Below are positions 1-12,890 of a stretch of DNA of 64,000 nucleotides, in pieces. Each line of letters begins with the position of its first letter. Position 1 is the stretch's first letter. Location: positions 36,270,001 to 36,334,000 of the forward strand of contig NC_082727.1 in assembly GCF_030144855.1 (NCBI RefSeq), read 5' to 3'. The position numbers were made by a program, and so were the translations under genes. The notes below the pieces were generated by a model. That model saw only the letters and a program-made list of their open reading frames with translations. It did not search any database and was not told where the DNA came from. Origin of the DNA: Hypanus sabinus. Its lineage: Eukaryota.

Positions 1-2195
1 TGTAACCCTCTATTTTTCTTTCATCCATGTGCCTGTCCAAGAGGCTCTTAAATACTCCTAATGTTTTATATATATTATATGTACATATAATGTTTTATAT
101 GTTTTAGCCTCCACCACCATCCCTGGCAAGTCATTCCATTCACCCAGAAGCCTCTGTGCAAAAAAACTTACCCCTAATGTCTCCCTTAAACTTCCCTCCC
201 TTAACTTTGTACATATGCCCTCTGGTGTTTGCTATTCATGCCCTGGGAAACAGGTACTGACTATACACCCTATCTATGCCTCTCATAATCTTGTAGATAT
301 CTATCAAGTCCCCTCTCATCCTTCTACACTCCAAAGAGAAAAGTCACAACTCTGCTAACCTTGCCTCATAAGACTTGTTTCCCAATCCAGGCAACATCTT
401 GGTAAATCTCCTCTGCACCCTCTCCATAGCTTCCACATCTTTCCTCTAATGAGGTGACCAGAACTGAACACAATACTCTTTGTGCAGTCTCACCAGAGAT
501 TTGTAGAGTTGCAACATGAGCTCTCTACTCTTGAACTCAATCCCCCTATTAATGAAGCCTAGCATCCCATAGGCCTTCTTGACTATCCTATCAACCTATG
601 CAGCGACCTTGAGGGACGTATGGATTTGAACCCCAAGGTCCCTCTGTTCATCCACACCCTTAAGAAACCAACCATTAACCCTGTACTCGGACCTGGTTTG
701 TCCTTCCAAAATGCATCACCTCACACTTACCCAGATTGAACTCCATCTGTCACTTTTCTGCTCAACTCTGCATCCTGTCTATATTCTCTTCTAACCTTTG
801 GCAACCTACAGCTCCATCCACAACTCCTCCAGAATTCGTGTCATCCGCAAACTTACTCTCCCATCCTTCCACCTCTTCATCCAGGTCACTTTAGACTTGC
901 TAAATTCCATGTAGACCTCATCTATTGCCATAACCTCATAAATTTCTTTTGTTACCTCTTCAAAAAACTCAATTAGGCTTGTGAGGCACGACCTTCCCTT
1001 CACAATGACATGTTGACTATCCTTGAGTAGACTGTACTTCTCCATATGCTCGTAGATCCTATCCTTAAGAATCCTTTTCAATAGTTTGCAGACCACTGAT
1101 GTAAGACTCACTGGTCTATATTTCCCAGGATTCTCCCTATCACCTTTATTAAAGAAGGGAACTACATTTATCATTCTCCAATCAGTCAATATGAGGGAAG
1201 TTGAAATCACCCATAACTACAACCCTGTATTTCCTGCACCATTCTAAAATCTGCCTGCCTATCTGCTCCTTGGTGTCCCTAGGGCTACCTAGGGGCCTGT
1301 AGACTACTCCCAGCACAGTGATTGATCCCTTCCTATTTCGGATTTCCATCCAGACTGACTCCGTGCACACTCCCTCTGTAGCGTCCTCCCTTTCTATAGC
1401 TTTGATACTATCCCTGACCAGCAATGCCACTCCCCAACGTTTCTACCTCTCATCCTATTCCCTTTAAAACACCTAAACCCCAGTACCTGCATCAGCCAAT
1501 CCTGCCCTTCCTCCAGCCAAGTTTTAGTAACGGCCACAATATCATTGTTCCACGTACTGATCCATGCTCTAAGTTCATCCCCTTTATTTCTAATACACCT
1601 AGTGTTGAAATAGACACATTTCAACCCCTCTAACTGGCTACATTTATGTTTTGTCCCCTGCCTGTCCTTCCTCACCAACTCAGAACACATACCATCATGC
1701 CCTTGTCCTTCTACCTTAATCCCTGCACTCACATTCTGTTTCCCACCCCCCCGCCAACCTAGTTTAAACCCTCGCCAACAGCTCTAGCAAACCTGCCTGA
1801 CAGGATATTGGTCCCTTTCCACTTCAGGTGCAGACCTTCCCCAGAAGAGATCCCAATGATCTAGAAATCTGAAACCCTGCCCCCTGCACCAACTGTTCAG
1901 TCACGCATTCATCTGCTATAACTTCCTGTTCCTACCCTCTGTCTCATGGCACAGGCAGCAATCCCGAGATTACCCCCTTTGAGGTCCTGCTTTTTAACTC
2001 CTTTCCTAACTCCCTATATTCCTTCTTCAGGACCTCATCTGTACTCCCATCTATTTCATTGGTGACCACGTGGACCACGACATCTGGCTGTTCACCCTCT
2101 CTCCTGAGAATACTGAGAACTCGATCCGAGATTTTGCAGACCCTGGCATCAGGGAGGCAACAGACCATCTGGGATTCTCGATCTCTCCCACAGGA
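1..2195 (-). mobile_element. CR1/HER1-like LINE remnant (ORF1 SGNH esterase, ORF2 endonuclease and RT), internally deleted
   Basis: ORF 1944-2168 (CCLPDARV...PDVVVHV.TNEI...SGLLPVP) is an esterase-type ORF1. ORFs 1394-1732 and 1182-1430 (YFNTRCIRNK, VVMGDFNFPHID) are the APE endonuclease. ORF 806-1210 (YRPVSLTSVVCKLL, GRSCLTSLIEFFEEVT) is RT. Confidence 0.92.
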
Positions 2196-2600
2196 TGATA
2201 GAGGGCTGTTACAATGAACAACATTTGACCACTAGATGCTCCAGGTTGCATGAGGAGGGCTGGAACAGAATTGTCATGTATGTAGACCACATAAAGCATA
2301 CACCTACTCCTCTACTTTTAAATGACTCAACCAACATATCTTTACAGAGAACAATAAAGCCATCCAGCTGCAGCAATGCTTTCAAAATAGTGGTTGTGAA
2401 ACATGTTTACATGAAGCAAAGTACACAACACTCCCAGATATCCCTCTGGTCTCGTTCTGAAGTCTTCAATTTTATTTTCCAGAGGTTGAACATTTGCCAG
2501 CAGGATAGCCGGGAGTGGGAGATCTAAGGCCTTCGCATTTCAGTCTTACCCGTGGAAGAGCAGTCCTTCCCAACTTCTATTTTCATGAAGAGGAACTGCA
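2196..2600 (-). mobile_element. Degenerate Rex1/Babar-type LINE endonuclease fragment
   Basis: Broken minus-strand frames give LLANVQ.LENKIEDFRT, CCVLCF, LQLDGF and GVGVCFM-like motifs. Confidence 0.55.
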
Positions 2601-4859
2601 CTCGCAACCTGAGGCAGCCAAATGGAGTCCATTGATTTTGAGGATCGAGAGATTTTTCAACAAGGCTTGAAATGATGTTTCTTACTGACATACCTATGGC
2701 TGTGACTGGGGATTTCAGCCGTATTAATCCAAAACGGGATTATTTGATGATTCCCATTGGAGCAGCATACAGGGACCATCTTGGTACCTGTTACTGCCTG
2801 ATCCATTTTTCCCTTTTATTTTGTTAGGTGGTCATTGCTAGATATGCACTGGTTCAGCAGGCTAGCAAGAAATAAAGAGAACATTTCTAGATATAACTAC
2901 TGGCAATATGCAAAACTATCGTTAACGTTAGATGAATACACACATCTTGCAGGGTGTCAGAGCAACTCTTTTCCAAGAAAAATGAGTTTGGAAAGACAGA
3001 AAAGCTACAAACTGTGTGCCCAATTGAAAAAGGAAGAAATGAAATATGACCACAATATGCTTGATTGCAGCATTAAGCTATCACACCCAGACACAGGAAG
3101 AATATTGCAAAATATTGTTGCATTTCTTTTGTTACAAGCAGCATGTATAATGAGATTGAATTGAAATTTATCGGTGTTGTGGGAGATACTGTGTACAGTT
3201 TTGGCAGTAACCTGGTGATCTGCTGTGCCCGAAGAAACTCGGTGCAGGAACCATTGGATTTGTGAGGATCACTTTCACTCTAAGCTGAGCAGAATCATGC
3301 AAATGCTTAAATTGATCACGCTGAACAAAGCAGGGAGCGGAATTGAGGAAATAAGTGCAAGTTTATTCCTTTCCATCGATACTGCCTGAGCTTCTGAGTT
3401 CCTCCAACATTTTGTGTGTTTTGTCAAACATGTAATTGAAAAGTACAGGCTCATATGTGCAGAACGAGATAAGTTACGATTCAGATTTCTTGTTCTTTCT
3501 CATAGACATGCATACACAAAGTGTAAATACTACAAATGTTATCTAACTAGCAGCAGCACAGTGCATTACAAATATGAAAAAACATAAATTAACATAATCT
3601 TAAAATAACATAAATTATTTATAATTTACATGATAAAATAAACAGCATAAACATAGAAGTTTGCTACAAGTTCAAAGAGGAAAATAGAAATATAGAAAAA
3701 AGGAGCACTAATCAGTGGATTTAGAGAACATTGTTATCAGAGCTGAATCCCTATTTTTGTAAAAAGCCCTGAAAATAATACAATCAGTGGAATTGGAAGA
3801 TAAAGTATTGAAGAATCACAGGTGAATTTTTTGTGTTGCATGCACAGGGACCAGGTGCAGCACACACTGCCACGAAGCAAACCCAAAGTCACTTTAAAGT
3901 GTAAACAATGATGTCATATTCTGCTTTGTAAGCTTACAACCTAATGGGATGAACATTAACTTCTCTAGTTTCCAGTAAACTGCTCTCTCTCTGTCCCTTT
4001 TCTCTGTCCTGATCTACCCAGTTCCTCTGACTTGCATCAATGGGGGGAGTAAAGTAAACCCCCTTCATCCTGACTCTTTCCCAGCCTAGACCCACTCCAT
4101 CTGCCCATTTCCCACAAACTCCTTCCACTAAATCCCTCCTGCCACAGATCTAATTTGCACTTCCCAGTTCTTCGCTTGATTCCACTTCCCTCTCCTGTCA
4201 GATTGAATTTCAAGTTTATTTTTATGTCATTGGCATTCTGTGCATGCACACAGTATGGATGCCATAAAGTTTAGCTTCTTGCAACAGCAAGGTACATAAA
4301 ATCCATGATGAACCAAAGTTAACATAAACTTACCTTAATATAAAATATACATAACATACACATTCTCCTCCTCTCCTTCCTTAATTAAATCTTCAATAAC
4401 TAAGAACTCCACTGGGAAGTCGATTATCTCAATTTCCATCTCTCAGAACATGCTACCTTTAAAAATGAGTTTCCAAATCTTTCACCAACACAAACAACAG
4501 ATCATTGGAACTTGAAGGAAGAATTTCCCCCTCTCCTTGTTACCCAGCAATCCCAAGCATCTGATCAACTCCAATCCACCATAAAGAAAGAGCAGTTTAT
4601 CTGTTGGGGGATTTAGATGTCAAGTCATCATTTTCCTCAGTCCCCAAAAGAAAAGACCTGGCCTCTGTTTATATAGCATTGTCCTCAAATTCAGGATGCC
4701 CCAACTGCAGCCAGTTCTTTATTCTGATATGAAACCTGTAAGTCTGTAGGAAGTGTAATACAGATTTTGCACTCATCTAGTCTAGACTTTTACTGGCTCC
4801 TCTCATCTCAGTGTCACTTCCGCTCTCCAAGTTTGGTCGTAAATCCCAGTGCCGCATTC

Positions 4860-4871
4860 CTTTCACTTCCT
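4860..4871 (-). promoter_or_regulatory. Candidate Ets-IRF composite element (EICE)
   Basis: Reverse complement reads AGGAAGTGAAAG, matching GGAANNGAAA. An ETS core (CACTTCCG) lies about 45 bp upstream. Motif match only. Confidence 0.3.
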
Positions 4872-5624
4872 AGTTTTGCTCTTCCTGATTCTTAATTCCA
4901 TAGGCACCATCTTCTCCAATTGTCTTCTGTTTGATTCCCAAACCTGAAGTCTCAAAATTCATAACGAAGGTCAATCCTCAATCTCTTTCTCCAGTTGAGC
5001 TCCATTCCACAGTTTGATTTGTCATTTACAGCCAGCCTTGGTAGGGTATGATTGGTAAACGTGCACACTGCACCATCCTTATGGAGATGGTTCTGTCCAG
5101 CACTGGAGTTCAATTAGGTTCAATAGCTACATTTAATGTCAGAGAAATGTATACAACATACACCTGAAAATCTGCTGTGTCACTTTTTTTGAGCTCTGCA
5201 TTCAGTGAGTCGGCTCCAGACAGGCTCAGGTCTCAGGACTCACAGCCCACGGCGGGTAACCCATTGTTCCCAGTGTTCCATGTTCTCCTGTGAGGCCTCA
5301 GTCAGGGGCACCAGCCTAGAATCAGCCTGTCTCCAAAGCCATGAAAATCTGGCACCCTGAAGGGCCGTGCCCTTGGGCTATCAAAAAGCGGAATGTCTTG
5401 AGGCCCTGGGAGTGGGTCACAGTCCCACAAAGAACTGAAGTTAGAGTGTAAGTCCAGGTCAGGGTCTTCAAATGAACCTTGAAAAGGGAAAAGAGGGATT
5501 TCAAATATAGAAACAGAGCTGTTTCCAAAGATGCAAGTAAAGGAGTCGCCATTTAATGCCATCATAATTTCACTCCTCCCCTCCGAATCCACCATCGCAT
5601 TATGTAGAATTGTGGACCTGGTAA

Positions 5625-8600
5625 AGACCATAGACAACAAAAGATAGGTGCAGAATTAGACCATTTATCCTATTGAGTACATCATGGCTGATCCTGGATC
5701 CCATTCAACCCCATAAACCTGTCCTCTCACCATATCCCGACCAATTAGGAATCCATTCACCTCCGCTTTAAATATACCCGCAGACTTTGTCTCTGCTGCA
5801 GTCTGTGGTAATACATTCCACAGATACTCCACTCTTCGGCAAAAAAAAATCCTCCTTACTCCTGTTCTAAAAGGTCACCACTCAATTTTGAGGCAGTGTC
5901 CTTTAGATCTGAATATTCCCGCCAGACAGAACATCTTCTCCACATCCACCTTATCTAGTCTTTTCAATGAGATAGGTTTCAATGAGACTCCCCTCCATTC
6001 TTCTAAATTCCCGTGAATACAGGCTCAAAGCTGCCAAACACTCCTCATATGTTAACCCCTTCATTCCTGGAATCATCCTTGTGAATCTCCTCTGGACTAT
6101 CTCCAATGACAATACACCTACATCTTTTCTGAGATATGGGTCCCAAAACTGTTGACAATAGTCCAAGTGTGGCCTTACTAGTGTCTTATAAAGCCTCAGC
6201 ATTATATCCTTTTTTTTATATTCTATTCCCCTTGAAATAAATGCCAACATTGCATTTGCCTTCTTTACCACAGACTCATCCTATGAATTAACCTTCTGGG
6301 AGTCTTACACGAAGACTCCTAAGTCCCTTTGCACCCCTGATGTTTGAATTTTCTCCCCATTTAGAAAATAATCTCCACTATTGTTCCTTTTACTAAAATG
6401 CATTATCATACATTTCCCAACACTGCATTCCATCTGCCACTTTTTTGTCCATTCTTCCAATTTGTCTATGTCCTGCTGCAATCGCATTGCTACCTCAGCA
6501 TTACCTACCTCAAACTATCTTTGTATCATCCACAACCTTTGCCACAAAGCCATCAATTCCACTATCTAAATCATTGACAACCAATGTGAAAAGTAGCGGT
6601 CCCAATACTGACCCCTGAGGAACACCACTAGTCACTGGCAGCCAACCAGAAAAGGCTCCTTTTATTCCCACTCACTGCCTCCTGCCTGTCAGCCATTCCT
6701 CTATCCATGCCGGTGTATTTCCTGTAGCACCATAGGATTTTATCTTGTTAAACAGCATCATGAGAAGCACTTTATCAAATGCATTCTAAAAATCCAAGCA
6801 AATGACATCCTCTGCCTTTCCTTTGTCCGATATGCTTGTTACTTCCTTGAAGAGTTCTATCAGATTTGTCAGGGAAGATAGCCTTTACAGAAACCATACT
6901 GACTTTGACATATTTTATCATTAGTCTCCAAGTACCCCAAAACCTCATCCTTAATAATGGACTCCAACACTTTCCCAACCACTGAGGTAGGGCTAACTGG
7001 CCTATAATTTCCTTTCTTTTGTCTTCCTCCCTTCTTGACGAGTGGAGAGATTTTCCAGTCCTCTGGGACTAAGCCAGAATCAAACGATTTTTGAAAGACC
7101 ATGACCAATGTATGTGTTATCTCTTCAGCAACCTCTTCGAGGACTGCAGGATGCAGTACACCTGGTCCAAGTGACTTATCCACCTTAAGACCTTTCAGTT
7201 TTACTAGCACTTTTTCCTTTGTAGTAGCAATAGCGCTCAATCCTATCCCCAGACACTCACGGACCTCTGGCATACAGCTAGTGCCTTCCACAGTAAAGAC
7301 TGAAGCAAAGTACTTATTAAATTATTTGCCATTTCTTTGTCCCCCGTTACAACCTCACCAGCATCCTTTTCCAGTGGTCCAATATCAATTCTCACCTCCC
7401 TTTCATTCTTTATATAACTGAAAAAACCTTTAGTATCCTGCTTTATATGATCAGCTTGTTTGCCCGTATATTTCATCTTTTCCTTTCTCATAGCTTGTTT
7501 AGTTGTCTTTTGTTGAATTTTAAAACCTTCCCAATTATCCAACTTTCCACTCACTTCTGCTACCTTATATGCCCTTTCCTTGACTTTTATGCAGTTTTTA
7601 ACTTCCGTTGTTAGCCCTGCTGTTTGAGAACCTCTTCTGTGGGACATGTCTATCCTGAACTATTCCCAGAAACTTTTGCCACCTTCATCCCCACCAGTAT
7701 ACCCCTCCAATCCACCTGGGCAAGCTCCTCTCTCATAACTGTAAATCGCTTTATTCTACTGCAATACTGATACATGTGACTTCTGCTTCTCCCTCTCAAA
7801 TTGCAGAATGAATTCAATCATATTATGATGACTGCCCCCTAAGGTTTCCTTTATGTTAAGTTGACTAATAAGATCTGGGTTATTACAAAATGCCCAATCT
7901 AAGATAACCTTTCCCCTTATAGGCTCAAGGGCAAGTTGCTCTAAATGCCAACTCATAAGCATTCAATAAAGTCCCTTTCTTGTTATCCAACAGCAACCTG
8001 ATTTTCCCAATCCCTTTGCATATTGAAGTCCCCTATTACAATTGTGTCATTACTCTTAATACATGCCTTTTCCAGCTCCCTTTGCAATCTCAACTCCACA
8101 TCTTGGCTATTACTTGGATGCTTATATATGATTCCCATTATGGCATTATTTTACCCTTGCAGTTTTTTAACTCTACCCACAAAGATTTGACTTTCTCTGA
8201 CCCTATGTCATCTCTTTCCAAAGATGTAATTCCATTTCTTACCAGCTGAGCCACGCCACTGCCTATGCCTTCCTGCCTTCAATCCAAAGTATATCCTTTG
8301 ATGTTAAACTCCCTTCTTTCAGCCATGCCTCAGTGATGCCCACAACAACATACCGACCAATCTCTAATTACACCACCGGTTTGTCCACCTGATTCCTAAT
8401 GCTACGTGCATTCAAATACATCACCGTCAGTCCGGTATTCTTTGTCCTTATGGATTTTGCCTCTGTGGTACAATTTAACTCCTTGCTCTGTCTGTAGTTA
8501 TTTTGAATCATTGACTTGTCCATCATCTATTGCTGCTCATCCTCAGCTCTATCATATTGGTTCCCATCCCCCCTGCCACATCAGTTTAACCACTCCCAGC
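5625..8600 (-). mobile_element. CR1/HER1-like LINE, degenerate ORF2 with 3' tail
   Basis: ORFs 5951-6271 (KKANAMLAFISRGIEYK...LVRPHLDYC), 6869-7291 (GNYRPVSPTSVVGKVLESIIKD), 7243-7647 and 7756-7962. 3' UTR/tail near 5625-5700. Confidence 0.92.
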
Positions 8601-8649
8601 TCTAGTTCTGATTTGGAATGACTCCAAGCAGAACAGGCAGCTCTGTACT

Positions 8650-9400
8650 AGATGCCCATGATGTGCTGTGACTCATTATCAGCAGCAGGAATATGCAATA
8701 GGCAGAGCAGACATTACACGAATGGATCAGACCTACTAAACCTTGTCATCAAAGGCGGTGGTTAATAAGTCAACTAACAGGAGTGGGAATCTCTAAGAAT
8801 TCCCAACCTCGCTGACAGCAGAGATGGAATGGCAGTGCTTAAAAAAAGGATAAAAAATATCCACAGCCATGCCCAGCATGAAGTGCCAAACCAGCGATCC
8901 ATCTCAGCACCATGGAATCTTGCCTCTAAACAATTCAATTCATTCTATATGATGCCAAGTGACAACTGATTACAACAGACACAGCCAAAACCATGGGACC
9001 AAACAACATCCCTTTGAAGACCTGTTCCCTAGAATCAATTATCCCTCTATTCAAGCTATTACAGTTCAGGAACAATATGCAATGTGGAAAATTACACAGA
9101 CATATTGTGTTCACAAAGAGCCAAACTAATAATTTTCTCCTAAACAGTCCATATCCTTGGGATCATTATTGACTCGAATCTAGATTAGGACAGGACAGGA
9201 CAGAGTGGTACCCGGTTGGTAAGTGACTCATCAACCGACAGCCCAAAGCCATTCTGCCATCTGCAGGGAACAAGTAAGGGCCTTGATGAAATGATTCCAT
9301 CAGCATCAACACCTCTCAAGTAACTTGTCTCTGAACAGGTTTAATCAGCTCTCTTTATTGGCACCAGATCACTGCACTAAACATTCACTCCCTCAATCTC
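8650..9400 (+). mobile_element. Old CR1/L2-group LINE RT fragment
   Basis: Broken plus-strand frames resembling WW..KQLTG.G...IP and DTAKTMGPNNIP. Confidence 0.5.
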
Positions 9401-9989
9401 ACACTCTTCATAGGCTCCCTTTCCTCTTTCATCATATCCTTTTTCTGCTGTCAGCCCAGCCCTAATTTCAGAGACCACTCACTTCAAGTTCAAGTTTATT
9501 GTCACTCAATCATAGGCATGTATACAGCTAAATGAAACATCATTCCTCTGGGGTTAAATCACAAAACACAGTACATATAGTCACACAGACCACATATAGT
9601 TACGATCCAGCACACACAGTCACAAGATAATATTAGCATAAGTCCCTGGGTGACATGGTCTGATGATTGTAAAGGTTGGTGAGGTACAATGTGCATGATT
9701 ATGTAAGGTGGTATAATGTGATTGACACTATTATAATTTTAAAAAAATAAAAGATTCCTCCTTGGCTTTAAAGATGAGCTCAGTGTCAGAGGAACCATGT
9801 TCCTGATTCCTGCCAGCTCCACTCCCTGTCTTCACTGTCCGGTGCATTAGAACTGATGACCCCTCTGAAACATAGTTATTTGAGAAGTTGGAGAGGTGTG
9901 GATGAAATGGAAACGGTGTAGAGGAGCTGCAGATTTAAATCCCTGATGCCTTATGCTACTTGAAGTGCTCCCTGGCAGTTCCATGTACA

Positions 9990-10266
9990 GTATGAGGGGA
10001 TATTGGCCATATGGACCAAAATGTCTGCTTCAACATTCCATCATGGCAGAATTATTAGCCCTCTCAACCAACTTTCCTGCTCTCTCCTCATATCCTTCCT
10101 TGCCATTATCAATCAAGAACTTATCAACCACTGCTTTAAATATAATCAATGTCTTGGCCTCCACTGCCATCTGATGCAAAGAATCCCACAGACTCACCAC
10201 CCTCTGGCTAAAGAAATTCCTCCTTTCTCCGTTCTAATTGGATGACCCTCTATTCTGCAGCTGTGC
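9990..10266 (-). mobile_element. CR1 3' end fragment
   Basis: Typical CR1 3' UTR sequence (ccattccatcatggc-like, cagactcaccaccctctggctaaagaaattcctc). Confidence 0.7.
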
Positions 10267-10920
10267 CTGTCAGGGAGTATTCTGAAGTGATGTGAATAAG
10301 GCAGATGTTAATTCACGTGAGAAAGTCTTCACTTCCTCATGTGAGTTGCAAACTGAAAGCAGTAAATTGACATTAAAATCACCCATTGTACACTCTGTGG
10401 AGCATAGGCTGCCCATAGACAAAGCGAGATGGTTTCTAAAATGGCGACTGTGAGACATTTGCATATGTGCCAGCCGAAGCTTAAAACAATGGGGTTGCGT
10501 TAATCGGCCTGCAGCAATCCAGGCAGCTATGGGCTTAAACACAAGACAGTCTTCGCATGCTGGAAATCCAGGTCAGCACACACAAAATGCTGAAGGAATT
10601 TAATAGGTCAGGCAGCATCTATGGAAATGAAAAAACAGACAATTTTATCATGGCCCCCCACTTCAGCACTCACTGTGGGTTAAGTAATTTGCCCCATTGT
10701 AAATGGGTTCAAGTAAGGTTGCAATTAGCAAATATATTTGCACATTCAGAATTCTCTCACTGCAGATATGTATGAAGCATTGTCAACCCAAAATATTGAA
10801 GTAACTGATGTAATTGTTTCTGTTGAAACTGTAATGAAACACCACTGTTACATTTGATTTTAAGGGTATAAAAATATTCTGTATCTTTGGGTTTGTGAGC
10901 CCCTACCGAGATTGACTCCC
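10267..10920 (+). mobile_element. Probable LTR (ERV-like) interrupted by a Penelope fragment; paralog at ~38325-39017
   Basis: Starts with TG inside a CR1 fragment and carries TATAAAAA at ~10867. The paralog continues through AACAAAGAC (polyA-like) to TCACA at ~39017, where CR1 resumes. Confidence 0.4.
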
Positions 10921-12190
10921 GATCCATTCAGACCTTTCAGTATTCAATAGGTTTCAACGAGATTCTCCCTACCTCATCAACTAAACTGCAGAGGGTAGAG
11001 GCCCAGGGCCATCAAAAGCTCCACATATGTTAGCCTTTTATTCCTTGAGTTATTCTCATGAACCTCTTTTGGAGACTCTCCAATGCCAGAATATTTTTTC
11101 ATAGATAAGAGGCAGAATACTGCTCACAGTTCCCCAAGTGTGGTCTGACCAATGCTTTATAAAAGCATCAGCATTACGTACAGTACTTGCTTTAACATTT
11201 TAGTCCCCTTGAAATGAATATTAACATTGCATCTGCCTTCCTCATCACCGTCTCAACCTCCAAGTTAACCTTTAGGGAATCCTAAACAAGGGCTCCCAAG
11301 TCCCTTTACTACTCAGATTTTTGAATTTTTTCCCCACTTAGAAAATAGTATACATGACCGTAACTTCCCTACACTATATTCCATCTGCTACTTCTTCATC
11401 CAGTCTTCCAATCTGTCTAAGTCCTTCTACAAACTCCCTGCTTCCTTACAGCAATCTGCCCCACTGCCTATCTCCAGACTGTCTGCAAACATGGCCACAA
11501 GGCCATCAATTCTGTCATCAAATCATTGACCTATAATGTGAAAAGAACATCACTAGTCATTGGCACCCAACCAGAAAAGGCCTGATTTATTCCCAATCTT
11601 TTCCTCTTTCCAGTCAGCCAATATTATGTATCTCCATGCTAGAATCTTTCCTGTAAGACCATGGTTTCTTAACTTTCTAAGCAGCCTCATGTGCAGTACC
11701 TTGTTAAAGGACTTCTGAAAAACCAAGTAAACAATATCCAGTGATTTTGTCTATCCTGCCTGTTATTTCTTCAAAGAATTCCACAGACTTGTGAAGTAAG
11801 TTTTCCCTTTAAGGAAACCATGCTGACTTTGACCTATTTCATCATGTGCCTCCAAGTACACCGAAACATCAGCATTAATAATGGACTCCAACATCTTCCC
11901 AACCACTGTGCTCAGGCTAACTGGCCTATAATTTCTTTTCTTCTCTCTCGCTTCATTCTTAATGAGTGGAATGATATTTTTAATTTTCCAGTCCTCCAGA
12001 ACTAATCACAAATCCAGTGATTCTTGAAAGATCAGAACTAAGGCCTACACTATTGCTTCGTCTAGTATTCTAAGAGCCCTGGAGCGTAGTCCACCTTGTC
12101 GGGTGACTATCTATCTCCAGATCTTCCAGCTTCCCAAGAACCTTCTCCTTAGTAATAGCAAATAGACTCACTTCTGCCCCCTGAGACTCT
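10920..12190 (-). mobile_element. CR1 RT fragment
   Basis: CR1 ORF2 C-terminal/RT nucleotide motifs (aggaaaccatgctgact, ggctaactggcctataattt). Duplicated at 39020-41090. Confidence 0.85.
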
Positions 12191-12250
12191 CAACATGGAA
12201 ACTTCTTCATGACACAAACAATTTCCAGGGAGAAAACATCTGACTTCTTC

Positions 12251-12322
12251 AGCTTTGCTTTCGTGATCCCCAATGAGACAAACATTTTGGTAGATTTTAG
12301 CTCCACCTAGAAAGTATATAAA
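12251..12322 (+). promoter_or_regulatory. IFIT promoter candidate: ISRE-like element and TATA box
   Basis: AGCTTTGCTTTC at 12251-12262 (reverse complement GAAAGCAAAGCT). TATATAAA at 12315-12322, about 80 bp upstream of the ATG. Confidence 0.55.
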
Positions 12323-12397
12323 CAACTAGAACAACACCTTGTAGAGTTACTCAGTTAACCAGCCATCTGAGGTGCAGCTGGAATTCTGCACAGCATC

Positions 12398-12402
12398 ATG
12401 AG
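12398..12402 (+). CDS. IFIT exon 1 (ATG AG|GTGAGT), most likely splicing to copy A exon 2 at 19402
   Basis: cagcatcATGAG|gtgagt is a strong donor. Phase 2 matches the acceptor tgcag|C AAC, giving M-S-N-T. This is the standard two-exon IFIT structure. Confidence 0.75.
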
Positions 12403-12469
12403 GTGAGTCACATCTTCACTTTACAGAATGTTTACCAATGCTAGGAGATTTAAAAGTGACATTAGCATG

Positions 12470-12890
12470 GATATCTGGATCAGTCAGATTTAATGTGATC
12501 TGTTTCTGCACATGAAGGCATCAAGAAAAGGTGCTGGTGGTCATTCAGCATAAGGATTTTGGATCTGATCCCAAGTTCGTGATCTGGGAACTTTAGCTTG
12601 ATCCTGGGATCAGAGACCACTGGAGTGGGATGAGCCCACAGTATGTGTGCACTTAGTTTGATAATAATTTGAAACAAGGCCTGTGGTGCTAAGCTGATTG
12701 GGAGTGAGGAAAGCAAACATTACGTGAAGGGGCATATCCCCTGAATAGATGACATGACTTTTAAGTTCCGCAGTGGGGAACTGACTTTTCCCAGTTGGCT
12801 GCATTCAGGGAAATGCAGGAACAGTGACTGAGAGACTAAAGTTTACAGCTATTGCTGAGAGGTGTAGTGAGCTAAGCAGATGGGGATTAA
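12470..12890 (+). mobile_element. Probable Gypsy (Gmr1-like) internal fragment at the start of the IFIT intron; also at 41380-41815 and 59530-59960
   Basis: Three similar copies. The 59530 copy directly follows a gag zinc knuckle and protease remnant. Contains an FREMQE-like motif. Confidence 0.4.

Noticed and set aside
5302-5640. 112-aa minus-strand ORF, and other short ORFs such as 2835-3164, 23604-23990 and 42045-42377
   Set aside because: No recognisable domain or splice context; consistent with chance ORFs or repeat-derived frames.
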